Source of the DNA: Heterodontus francisci
Lineage: Eukaryota
Direction: 5' to 3'
Assembly: GCF_036365525.1 (NCBI RefSeq)
Contig: NC_090409.1
Coordinates: 39,380,437-39,444,436, forward strand
DNA length: 64,000 bases
A model generated the notes under the pieces. The model saw nothing but the letters and a program-made list of their open reading frames with translations, did not search any database and had not been told where the DNA came from. Positions 36,300 to 47,300 of the stretch are shown here, in pieces; position 1 is the stretch's first letter, and each line of letters begins with the position of its first letter. A program made the position numbers and the translations under genes.

Positions 36300-36837
36300 C
36301 AGAGGCAATAAAAACAGAAAGTGCTGGAAAACGATCAGGCAGCGTCTGTGCAGCGAGAGAGAACAGAGTTAACGTTTCAGGTCTGTGTCCCTTCATCAGA
36401 ACTGCAATAGATTAATAACCACAATGTCAGGGTTAGACCTGAGAGAAGGGAGTGCAGCAAGTTCAGAGGGAGAGAGGTTAGAGTGAGTGAGTGAGTGAGT
36501 GAGTGAGTGAGGGGGGGGCGGGGAGGGGGTGGCAGAGAAACTAAGAAGACCGATGTCACGCCGACAGTTTTCAATGAAAAGCTCAAGAGCGGGTAAGAGG
36601 CCAGAGGGAGGGGTCCGATGCCGGAGGCGGGTGAATGGGACTGCTGGTCGGCGGGGTTGGACTCCTGGTCAAAGAAGTGATCCCAGAGGCGAAAGTGACG
36701 AAGGAAAAGCTCAACATCATGTCCAGCACAAAATACATTGAGGTAGGGGGCGTAAGGGTGTAAAACGGAGTCCTTTGCTAAGTACAGGTTGTTCAGCATC
36801 AAAGAGGGGAAGGTCAGAGGGTATTGTGAATACATGG
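36300..36837 (-). mobile_element. Penelope-like element 5' region (continues after 39097)
   Basis: pLTR with a hammerhead motif at 36367-36403; ORF remnant VFTIPSDLPLFDAEQPVLSKGL, split by an LTR insertion. Confidence 0.65.
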
Positions 36838-37063
36838 TGTTACAACCGAGGTGGGAGGAATGCACTGTTAATTCAGTCCCGCTTCTCCACGGGCCACAGC
36901 ATATCAATACATTTTCCCACTTACTGAAACAGCCAGTTAGATACTCTGTCCCCCAGAATAAAGCACAGCAACCAGGTCTTCTTTAATCAACAACAAAATT
37001 AACTGTTTATTATAAAGCCAAATCTTAACCAATAATGAAGTAAATATATATTCAAACCGAGAT

Positions 37064-37933
37064 TGTAACAAGGTTTAATGTTAAACACACTCTCTTTATA
37101 GCTCCCCTTTGGCGAATCCTTGTTCACCGCTTTCCAATTATAAGGAAAAGAAATCAGCACACACAGGTTTTTTTAAGTTTAAAGAAGAAAGATTGAAATT
37201 TATTAAATTTAACCTTGAACTCTAATTCGGATAATGCCTACAGATACATGACCCGCCCACGCCAGCATGCATACATGATGTATGTAGATAAGGACTGAAA
37301 AGAGAAGATAAATGAAGTGAAAAGTTTGAGGCAATCTCTAAAAGGGGGGTTCGTTACTGTGCTTCAAGCTCGCTGTGGAGTCTTTGATTGTAGGTAGGTC
37401 TTACATGTCATTGGGACCCAGTATTATTCTTAAACCTTGTTCAATGTAGGAGACTTTTCTCTCTTTGAGGTTCATGTGTCTTCAGTGGGTTCAGAGGCTT
37501 GTGAGAAAGAGATGGGAGCAGGCAGGAGAGACCTTCTTCAGTCTAGGAGTAAACTGCTTTTTGCCAGTTACAAACACTGTGGCAGGTTCAAATTCAAAAA
37601 AAAACTCAGGTGGCCCTGCAAGTTAGTCATGTGACTAGCTGGTCTGACCACATCCATTTTTGTATACGGCAATCTTAGCCATCAACCTGGAATGTGAACT
37701 CCTCCACCTTTAAGATCTGATAATCAAAAGTCCATTGTGGATTGAACGTGTCAGGGTCTTTTGTCCCTTTTAAGTATTGTCTGTAAATAGGCAAATATCT
37801 TTCCAGTCAAGGGTCTGGTGTTTTTTTTTTTAAAAAAGCAAGTTCTTTTTTTACACCAGTAACAGTTTAAAAATCAATGTGCATGTGGCAAAATTAATAT
37901 GCCTCATTCTTGGGAATGGGGGCCTGCATGACA
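37064..37933 (-). mobile_element. Nested solo LTR (870 bp)
   Basis: TGTAACA...ATGACA termini; TSD AGAT at 37060-37063 and 37934-37937. Confidence 0.85.
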
Positions 37934-38277
37934 AGATGTTAAAGTCCCTTATTTTCCCTAGCCCTCATGCACACACCACACATCCATTCAAAAACTGGTT
38001 AACCGGGGGAGGAAAAAGGAGTTTGGTTTACAGCTGTTTCATAGGAATGAAAAGAACAATTAAAAAAAAACGTTGTCATGATCTGGAAGGAAGATCTTTG
38101 GTTTGGCGAGGTGAACCAAAGTCGAATAGTTGGATGCCACTCGAAGTCTTTCCAGGTGAGGATGAGCCGTCGATGATGGGTAGGCTTTCAAAGAACCTCA
38201 ACAAAAGAAGGCTTTATATAAGGCTTTCCATCAGGTATGCAGCATGAAGGCTCTTTGGTCTTACAGCAGCAGTAAAG

Positions 38278-38625
38278 GGCGGCGCAGTGGTTAGCACCGC
38301 AGCCTCACAACTCCAGGGACCCGGGTTCGATTCCGGGTACTGCCTGTGTGGAGTTTGCAAGTTCTCCCTGTGTCTGTGTGGGTTTTCTCCGGGTGCTCCG
38401 GTTTCCTCCCACAAGCCAAAAGACTTGCAGGTTGATGGGTAAATTGGCCATTATAAATTGTCACTAGTATAGGTAGTTGGTAGGGAAATATAGGGACAGG
38501 TGGGGATGTTTGGTAGGAATATGGGATTAGTGTAGGATTAGTATAAATGGGTGGTTGATGTTCGGCACAGACTCGGTGGGCCGAAGGGCCTGTTTCAGTG
38601 CTGTATCTCTAATCTAAATCTAAAA
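38278..38625 (+). mobile_element. HE1-like V-SINE
   Basis: Full-length copy nested in the LTR. Confidence 0.88.
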
Positions 38626-39674
38626 AATCTAACCTATAGCAGGAAAAGGTTTCTTGCAATATTCAGGATTTCTTCAAAACACAGAAGGTAACAGGAACCA
38701 CTCTTGATGCAGGAATCCTTTAGCGAGAGATAATAATCTTTCCGGGTCTACTTCTGACCTCCGGGCAGGTCAGAATCCAATTTCAAAATGTCTGCTTTTT
38801 GGCCAAACCCACTGACTTTATAAAAGTTCAAAACTGAAACCACAACTTTCCATAAACAATTCACATGCCCAGTGATAAATTATCTCCTGTGGTAACAGAG
38901 GGTAACTCTGAGGTCCACCCCCTGCTGGTTTCCTTGAGATTACCTGCATTCCTGTCCTTGTTTACCAGTTCAGCTTTCGTTGAACGTCCTATCAAAACAT
39001 CCATAAAGTTCAGATCTCAATATCCACTGAAATCCTTTTCAGTTTTTAAAGACATGGAATCCGAAGTTTTAATACAAAAAAAAAATCCTCGTAACAATGG
39101 CAAGAGGTGAGATTAGGAGGGATGGGGGGTCAGAGGGAAGGGGAAGAAAGATCTGGAGGGGTGTTGGTACCCATGAGGTGCTGGAGCTTATGCTTCTTTA
39201 ACACCTGAAAGGAAGAGATAAAGTTTTTTGTAAATGCATCGGAGAAGGTGAAGGATGAAATGGAACTGCAGAGCAGGACAGCTCTGAGATCGGGTGAGTC
39301 GGTGCTGCTGGAGAGAGAGGTCAAGTGCGTCCATGTGCACGGAGTATGGATCGCGATACCTGTAATCCTGGGTGGATTCAAAACACAGGATAAAACTTCA
39401 GTTGGAGTCTACGTGGAATAAGTCGGAGTCGGAGACAGTCGCTGAGGAAGGAGATGTGGCTGTGAAAATGAGTTTTAGCAGAAACCTTATTGAACAGCAG
39501 GAGGGAAATGGGAAGCAATGAAGGTGAGAAATGTAAACGAGATAAACGGAAATCCCAGAGAAAAGAGCAGAACTGCTTTGTGGTAGCATTCCTGCAAGAG
39601 AAGTGGCAGTGAAGTAAATACTAAAATAACAGCAAAATAATGTGGATGCTGGAACTCTGAAATGAGAACAGAAA

Positions 39675-40293
39675 TGTGAGAAACGTAGCCCACTTGATAA
39701 CAATTTACACCAAGTCAAACTCTGAAGAAGTAAGTTTATTTAACGGTCTTGCAAGATCGGGTGTCCTACAAGCAGGCACACCGATCAACATATTCAGTTC
39801 ATGTTTATACAATACAAATCCATTTGTCCACGCCTTTATTTTACATTATTGGTTATAACGTATTATGACACTAACCTATCCTATGGTTGCTACAGTCTCC
39901 TCCTCTGTTTACTTCTCCCCCTACTCTAACTTTCTAGCCCCTAACTCTTGTTTTTGTTTTACCTTATTTGGCTCTCCATTATGTGTTTTAACTTGCAGCT
40001 GTCAGCCTTTATCTTAGTGGGGCAGTTTCTTATTCACTACATCCGTTGTTCTAACTCTTGCTGTTTCTCTGTTATCTGCCTAAGCACAATTTTTAAGTGA
40101 TGTACTGTCCCAAGGTCTCCACTTACATACCCTTATCAATTCTCTTTGTCAGTGATGTACTGTCTTAAGGTCTCCACTGACATATCCTTATCAGTTCTCC
40201 TTTTCAGTGATTTCATTATGTTGTGCACAAATGACTTCTTGGTAACTTTCCACAAGCTGTAGAAACAACATTTCAGTATTTCTTATTCTCACA
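39675..40293. mobile_element. Solo LTR (619 bp)
   Basis: TGTGAGAA...TTCTCACA termini; TSD GAAA; interrupts a Penelope pLTR fragment. Confidence 0.8.
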
Positions 40294-40544
40294 GAAAGTG
40301 TCAGAAATACTCAGCAGATCTGGCAGCATCTGTGTAGAGAGAAACAGAGTTAACATTTCAAGTATCTGACCTTCCATCAGAACCTGGAATGTTAACCCTG
40401 TTTCTCTTTACTTGCTGAGTATTTCCAGCACTTTCTGTTTTTATTTCAGAGATCCAGCATCTGCAGTATTTTGCTTTTCCGCATGGATTCTGACATGCTG
40501 CCGGCCAGAAGCATACTCTCGTACACTTCCAGCAGGTCTGAGCC

Positions 40545-41060
40545 GACCCAGTCCCTCAGAGTCGCAAACAACTCAACTGGTAATCTGTCGCTCCTGGGGG
40601 GGTGGTTTTACTCGTCTCGAAGGACCTGACAGCCTTTGTCAGTTTGTCCAGAATTAGCGGTTTGTCCAGACTCTCCCACGTACTGTCATCTAAGACCTCC
40701 GTGACAGATGACAGGAAGGACTGGGAGGCCGTGCTGTCTGTGGGCTTCACGTCGTACAGCCCAGCATAAAAGGATTTGCTGAACCTTAGTATGTCAGACT
40801 GCGATGACGTTACCAAGCTGTCTTCTTCCTCCAGGCTGCTGATCACAGAGCTCTCTCTGTGTACCTTTCGGAAGAAGTAACACGAGCACGTCTCATCCTG
40901 CTCCACGGAGCGGACTCTGGACTGGAAGATGATCTTGCAGGCCTCTGCGGCAAAGAGCAAGTCCTGCTGGCTCTTCACCTCTTGGAGATCCTCCTTGGCC
41001 TCGACCCCAATCGACTGCAGCCGGAGCAGATTCTGCATGCTTTTCTGCCAACTCTCTGAT
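40545..41060 (-). mobile_element. Tx1-like retrotransposon ORF2 fragment
   Basis: ORF 40556-41038 (RVRSVEQDETCSCYFFRK...FYAGLY...KTTPPG). Confidence 0.75.
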
Positions 41061-41329
41061 CATCCTGGGATAGACAGTCATATGAACATATGAATTAGGA
41101 AAAGAACTCAGTCACATGAATTCTCGAGCCTGCTCAGCCATTCAATAAGATCATGGCTGATCTGATTACTCCACATTCTCAACTATCCCCAATAACCTTT
41201 CCCCACCTTGCTTATCATGAATCTATCTACCTCTGCCTTAAAAATATTGAAAGGCCTTTTGACATCATCACATTTTGAAGAAGAGCTTTATACAAACGGG
41301 AACAGTGTTATACAACATCAACTGAGATT

Positions 41330-41402
41330 GGACCCTAATGAGATTTGAACTCACAACTCATGGTTTACAAGACCAGCTCTCTAACCCCTGAGTAATGGAG
41401 CC
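41330..41402 (-). pseudogene. tRNA-Thr(TGT) pseudogene
   Basis: Reverse complement GGCTCCATTACTCAGGGGTTAGAGAGCTGGTCTTGTAAACCATGAGTTGTGAGTTCAAATCTCATTAGGGTCC resembles vertebrate tRNA-Thr-TGT. The anticodon loop is intact; D, anticodon and acceptor stems carry mismatches. Confidence 0.75.
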
Positions 41403-41807
41403 AGATGTCAGCGAGGAGGAGGCAGGAGTCGGAGAAGAACACCGGCTTGACGTCAGTGGATCCGACTGTGAATGCGCGGGACACAAACAGGAAGTCAATC
41501 CTGGAATGGACGGACCCGTCTGGTCTTCACCAGGTCTATCTACACTCTGCTCCATCTGCAGGCCAAGACATTGTGCAGCTTGGCCTCTTTGACTGTTTCC
41601 ATTTGGAGTCTGGACGGGGCTGAGTAAATTGGTCCTATATTCTGTGGAGTTCAGAAAAATGAGAGGTGATCTAATTGATTCTGAAAGGGTTTGATAGGGT
41701 AGAAGCTGAGAGATTGTTCCCGCTGGTCGGGGGATCTAGAACATGGGGACACAGTCTCAGGATAAGGGGCCAATCATTCAGGACTGAGATGAGGAGAAAT
41801 TATTTCA

Positions 41808-43745
41808 GGTATAGGCAGCTGGGATCAAGCGAGTCCCTCGGAGTATAAGGGATGCAGGAGTACACTTAAGAAGGAAATTAGGAGGGCGAAAAGGGGCCAT
41901 GAGATTTCCCTGGCAGATAAGATAAAGGAGAATCCTAAAAGATTCTGTAAGTTTTTAAGAGTAAAAGGGTAGCGAGGGAGAGAGTAGGTCCCCTTAAGGA
42001 TCAGTGTGGTAATGTATGTGAGGAGCCACTGGAAATGGGCGAGGTCTTAAATGAATACTTCTCGTCTGTATTTACCATGGAGAAGGTCATGGAATCTAGT
42101 GAGTTCAAGGGAGGGAACAGCGATATCCTGGAGCCTATCAACATTACAAAGGAGGAGGTGTTGGAGGTTTTGAAGCGCATTAAGGTGGATAAATCCCCAG
42201 GGCCTGACCAGATGCATCCTAGGACATTATGGGAAGCAAGGGAGGAGATTGCTGGGGCCCTGGCAGAGATTTTTGTATCATTGTTAGCCACGGGTGAGGT
42301 ACCGGAAGACTGGAGGATATCTAATGTTGTGCCTTTAAGAAGGGCAGCAGGGATAAGCGAGGGAACTACAGGCCGGTGAGCCTTACATCAGTAGTGGGAA
42401 AGTTATTGGAAGGGATTCTGAGAGACAGGATCTATATGCATTTGGAAAGGCATGGTCTGATTCGGGATAGTAAGCATGGCTTTGTATGTGGGAAATCATG
42501 TCTCACAAATTTGATTGAGTTTTTTGAGGAGGTGACTAAGAGGATTGATGATGGCAGGGTGGTGGACGTTGTCTACATGGACTTTAGCAAGGCCTTTGAC
42601 AAGGTCCCGCATGGTAGGCTGGTCTGGAAGGTTCGAACACATGGGATCCATGGTGAGCTAGCCAATTGGATACAAGATTGGTTTGGTGATGGGAGGCAGA
42701 GGGTGGTAGTGGAGGGTTGTTTTTCAGATCGGAGGCCGGTGACCAGTGGTGTGCCGCAGGGATTGGTGCTGGGCCCTCTGTTTGTCATATATATTAATGA
42801 CATGGATGAGAATGTAGGGGGCATGATTGGTAAGTTTGCAGATAACACCAAAATTGGTGGTGTAGTGGACAGTGAAGAAGGTTGTCTAAGATTACAACAG
42901 GATATAGATAAACTGGGAAAGTGGGCAAGGGATTGACAAATGGAATTTAACGCAGACAAGTGTGAAATTATGCATTTTGGGACGCTAAACCAGGGCAGGA
43001 CATATACAGTGAATGGCAGGGCCCTGGGGAGTGTTGTTGAGCAGAGAGACCCTGGGGTGCAAGTACATAGTTCCCTGAAAGTGGCAACACAGGTAGACAG
43101 GATGGTGAAGAAGGCATATGGCATGCTTGCATTACGGCCGAGGCATTGAGTACAAGAGTTGGGACGTCCTGTTACAGTTGTACATAACGTTGGTTCGGCC
43201 GCATTTGGAGTACTGTGTGCGGTTCTGGTCGCCGCACTACAGGAAAGATGTGATTAAGCTAGAGAGGGTGCAGAAAAGATTCACAAGGATGTTGCCTGGT
43301 TTGGAGGGCTTGAGTTATAAAGAGAGATTGGATAGGCTGGGTCTGTTTTCACTGGAGCTAAGGAGGTTGAGAGGGGACATGACAGAGGTATATAAAATTA
43401 TGAGAGGCATAGATAAGGTAGATAGCCAGAATCTATTTCCCATGGTAGGGGTGACTAAAACTGGAGGACATAGATTTAAGGTGAGAGGGAGGAGGTTTAA
43501 AGGAGTTCAAAGGGGTACATTTTTCACACAAAGAATAGTGGGTATCTGGAATGAGCTGCCAGAGGAGCTGGTGGAGGCAGGAACAGTAGCAACATTGAAG
43601 AGGCATCTGGACAGGTACTTGAATGAACAAGACATGGAGGGATATGGAATTAATGCAGGCAGGTGGGATTAGTATAGATAGGCATTATGGTCGGCATGGA
43701 CGCGGTGGGCCGAAGGGCCTGTTTCTATGCTGTACCACTCTAACT
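41808..43745 (+). mobile_element. CR1 LINE ORF2 3' portion
   Basis: ORFs 42035-43672 with RT motifs and frameshifts; same subfamily as 2040-4680; CR1 tail. Confidence 0.92.
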
Positions 43746-43754
43746 CTAAGTGAG

Positions 43755-43990
43755 CCTGGAGGCAACGGAAGACGAGCTCAATGTCATACCGAGGGTGAAA
43801 TTCATTGAGGTGGAGGCGGAAGGGGATAAAACAGAGTCCTTTGCTGAGTAAAGAACGTTCCCTGTCAGAGAGAGGAAGGTCTGAGGGTTTAGTGAATACA
43901 CAGCAAGGGGTCAGATCAGAGGGAAGTGAAGGGGAAGAAGGATCTGGAGAGGCAATAGTCCCCATCAGCTCCTGGAGCTGGTCTTCCTCA
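43755..43990 (-). mobile_element. Penelope-like ORF fragment
   Basis: CCVFTKPSDLPLSDRERSLLSKGLCFIP. Confidence 0.65.
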
Positions 43991-44024
43991 ACACCGGAAA
44001 TGAACTAAACAGAACTGAATCAGC

Positions 44025-44300
44025 CAAGGGGCGGGGCCAGGGGACTGTGGGCGGGGTTAGTAATGAGTGACAGGCCAGTCCGGCCGCTGATTGGGCGATT
44101 GGCTCTGAGACCCGCCACTGGGGCCAGGAGAAGTTGTTAGCCCCACCCCGGCGGGTCGAGCGCTGAGTGACAGGCGGGCCCGGTCGCTGATTGGGCGACC
44201 TGCTCTGACCCCGGCCCTGACTGCCAATAGAAGCCGTGCCCGCCAAGTATTGGTTTCTTTATAAACCGGATGAAGGGTTCAGGCAGATTCCCGCCATTTT
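44025..44300 (+). promoter_or_regulatory. Paralog C promoter (two modules plus a YY1-like site)
   Basis: GGGGCGGGGC; TGAGTGACAG-N16-ATTGG at ~44064 and ~44164; CCGCCATTTT at 44291. Confidence 0.7.
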
Positions 44301-44330
44301 CACTGGAGCTGGTGATCCAGGATCGGGGCA

Positions 44331-47300
44331 ATGGATAGAAAAGCACAGCAGGTATTGTCAGTGTCTCACACCCGGGGGGTCAGTCATGGGGAGAGGGACC
44401 ATGGACTGTTTCAGGGCTGCTCCCGGTCTCAATGTGTCTCAGAGCCGGGAGGGAGGGGAGTCAGTAATGTGGAGAGGGACCATGGACTGTGTCAGGGCTG
44501 CTCCCGGTCTCAATGTGTCTCAGAGCCGGGAGGGAGGGGGGTCAGTAATGGGGAGAGGGACCATGGACTGTGTCAGGGCTGCTCCCGGTCTCAATGTGTC
44601 TCAGAGCCGGGAGGGAGGAGGGTCAGTAATGGGGAGAGGGACCATGGACTGTGTCAGGGCTGCTCCCGATCTCAATGTGTCTCAGAGCCGGGAGGGAGGG
44701 GGGTCAGTAATGGGGAGAGGGACCATGGACTGTGTCAGGGCTGTTCCCGGTCTCAATGTGTCTCAGAGCCGGGAGGGAGGGAGGTCAGTAATGGGGAGAG
44801 GGACCATGGACTGTGTCAGGGCTGCTCCCGGTCTCAATGTGTCTCAGAGCCGGGAGGGAGGGGGGTCAGTAATGGGGAGAGGGACCATGGACTGTTTCAG
44901 GGCTGCTCCCGGTCTCAATGTGTCTCAGAGCCGGGAGGGAGGGGAGTCAGTAATGTGGAGAGGGACCATGGACTGTGTCAGGGCTGCTCCCGGTCTCAAT
45001 GTGTCTCAGAGCCGGGAGGGAGGAGGGTCAGTAATGGGGAGAGGGACCATGGACTGTGTCAGGGCTGCTCCCGGTCTCAATGTGTCTCAGAGCCGGGAGG
45101 GAGGGGGGTCAGTAATGGGGAGAGGGACCATGGACTGTGTCAGGGCTGCTCCCGGTCTCAATGTGTCTCAGAGCCGGGAGGGAGGGGGGTCAGTAATGGG
45201 GAGAGGGACCATGGACTGTGTCAGGGCTGCTCCCGATCTCAATGTGTCTCAGAGCCGGGAGGGAGGGGGGTCAGTAATGGGGAGAGGGACCATGGACTGT
45301 GTCAGGGCTGCTCCCGGTCTCAATGTGTCTCAGAGCCGGGAGGGAGGGAGGTCAGTAATGGGGAGAGGGACCATGGACTGTGTCAGGGCTGCTCCCGGTC
45401 TCAATGTGTCTCAGAGCCGGGAGGGAGGGGGGTCAGTAATGGGGAGAGGGACCATGGACTGTGTCAGGGCTGCTCCCGGTCTCAATGTGTCTCAGAGCCG
45501 GGAGGGAGGGAGGTCAGTAATGGGGAGTGGGACCATGGACTGTGTCAGGGCTGCTCCCGGTCTCAATGTGTCTCAGAGCCGGGAGGGAGGGGGGTCAGTA
45601 ATGGGGAGAGGGACCATGGACTGTGTCAGGGCTGCTCCCGGTCTCAATGTGTCTCAGAGCTGGGAGGGAGGGGGGTCAGTAATGGGGAGAGGGACCATGG
45701 ACTGTGTCAGGGCTGCTCCCGGTCTCCATGTGTCTCAGAGCCGGGAGGGAGGGGAGTCAGTAATGGGGAGAGGGACCATGGACTGTGTCAGGGCTGCTCC
45801 CGGTCTCAATGTGTCTCAGAGCCGGGAGGGAGGAGGGTCAGTAATGGGGAGAGGGACCATGGACTGTGTCCTGTCCCGGTTCAGAAATGGACATGAGCAG
45901 CAAGAAACTGTGGTAAAGGGGGGTAACTGTGTTTTCTTGTTGCAGGGACCCAACTTACAGAAACTCCTCCTCCTGCTGCTGCTGCTAAATGCTGTTGCTG
46001 CTGTTTCAGGTAAACGCTGTGACTGCTCTCACATTTCAGCAGAGCTCGGGGCTGCTGGTGATATGGATTATATCAGGATTGATCTTCCTGGATGGTGTTA
46101 ACCTTGTGAATTTATACAGACTGCAGTTAGCTATCTCCTGGAAAGAACATTTGTCTGGGTGTCTGGGACTGAAATCAGTAATGTGTATATTACTGGGGAA
46201 TCTTCTTCTTCTTTGGCCTCCTTGTCTCGAGAGACAATGGGTAAGCGCCTAGAGGTGGTCAGTGGTGTCAGTCGCTGTGAGGCAACTATGGAGTGACCTC
46301 TCCATGGCGCATGCCTGGGCGAATGTATGGAGGTTGAGAGTTGCCCAAGCGTCAAAACCCCCCTCTCGGCCTTTCTGGTGGGGTCCAAAGGAGTGCAGAG
46401 CACGACGTTTGGCACCGGTAGTATTCATTATATCAGGAATTCATCTTGCTTTAAGGTGCTGTGTTCACTGTGAGTGGGCCCATTGAGGGAGTGGACACAG
46501 TCGGTTCACATTACACATAATGATCATGAGACCTGAAAGGAAGGCAGTTAATGTCTTCAGATTAACCCCTGTGATGTGAACAGTGGAATCTGGACACTGA
46601 GTGTTAGTGAGAATGAATCTAGAAGAATCACTCGACACTTGGGTCTGCTCCAATGTCAAACAGTTTATTGAGTTACGCCAGCAGGGAGCAGGTCACTGGG
46701 CTGTCCAGATGCCCCTCCACTGAACAATGAAAAATCATCAATACTTATACATTTTCAAACAGTTACTCAGCCCATCCTTTCTGGACATGGTCCAATCATA
46801 ATGATTACAGATTCTCTCCATTGATTATTAAAGACCAATAGAAGTGGTTACCCGGTGTGAAAGGGGCTGCAGGACCAACCCATGGACAGATAGGGGATTA
46901 CTCATGATGTTTTCCATTCCTTTCTAGTCCCCATCCTTGGTTCTCCTGTACGCACACCACCTTATCTTAACCTTGTTACAGGCTGGTATCTTTGTCAGCA
47001 TTCCACATGGACATCTGCTCTCCATTGAATAAGTCTTTGAATTTATGTTACTCAGTTCCTGTGTGGAATGTGGTCAAGTTGGCTAAACCCCATGATGCCT
47101 TGCAAACTCTTCATTGTTCACTAAAATTACGTTACGAGTTACTCAAATAACATTTAAACAGGATGTTCTTTTCTGCAGGTGCCTCTGCGCTTGGGAATAC
47201 CCGTCAACACTGAGCAATACTCGGTGACACTGGGATGGGGTCCTGAGCACTGGGATCAGGAGTCTGGGACAGTCCTGGATCAAATAGAACTGGGAATTGC

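Larger units (their letters stand above)
36838..39096 (-). mobile_element. Solo Gypsy-type LTR with nested insertions
   Basis: TG...CA termini; 4-bp TSD ATGG at 36834-36837 and 39097-39100. Confidence 0.85.

Noticed and set aside
41330-41402. Functional tRNA-Thr
   Set aside because: Multiple stem mismatches consistent with neutral decay; reported as a pseudogene.
44236-46101. 621-aa and 521-aa ORFs (and 218-880, 432-935) as real repeat proteins
   Set aside because: They arise from a stop-free 81-bp intronic minisatellite lying between canonical splice sites; copy number differs between paralogs and B lacks it.
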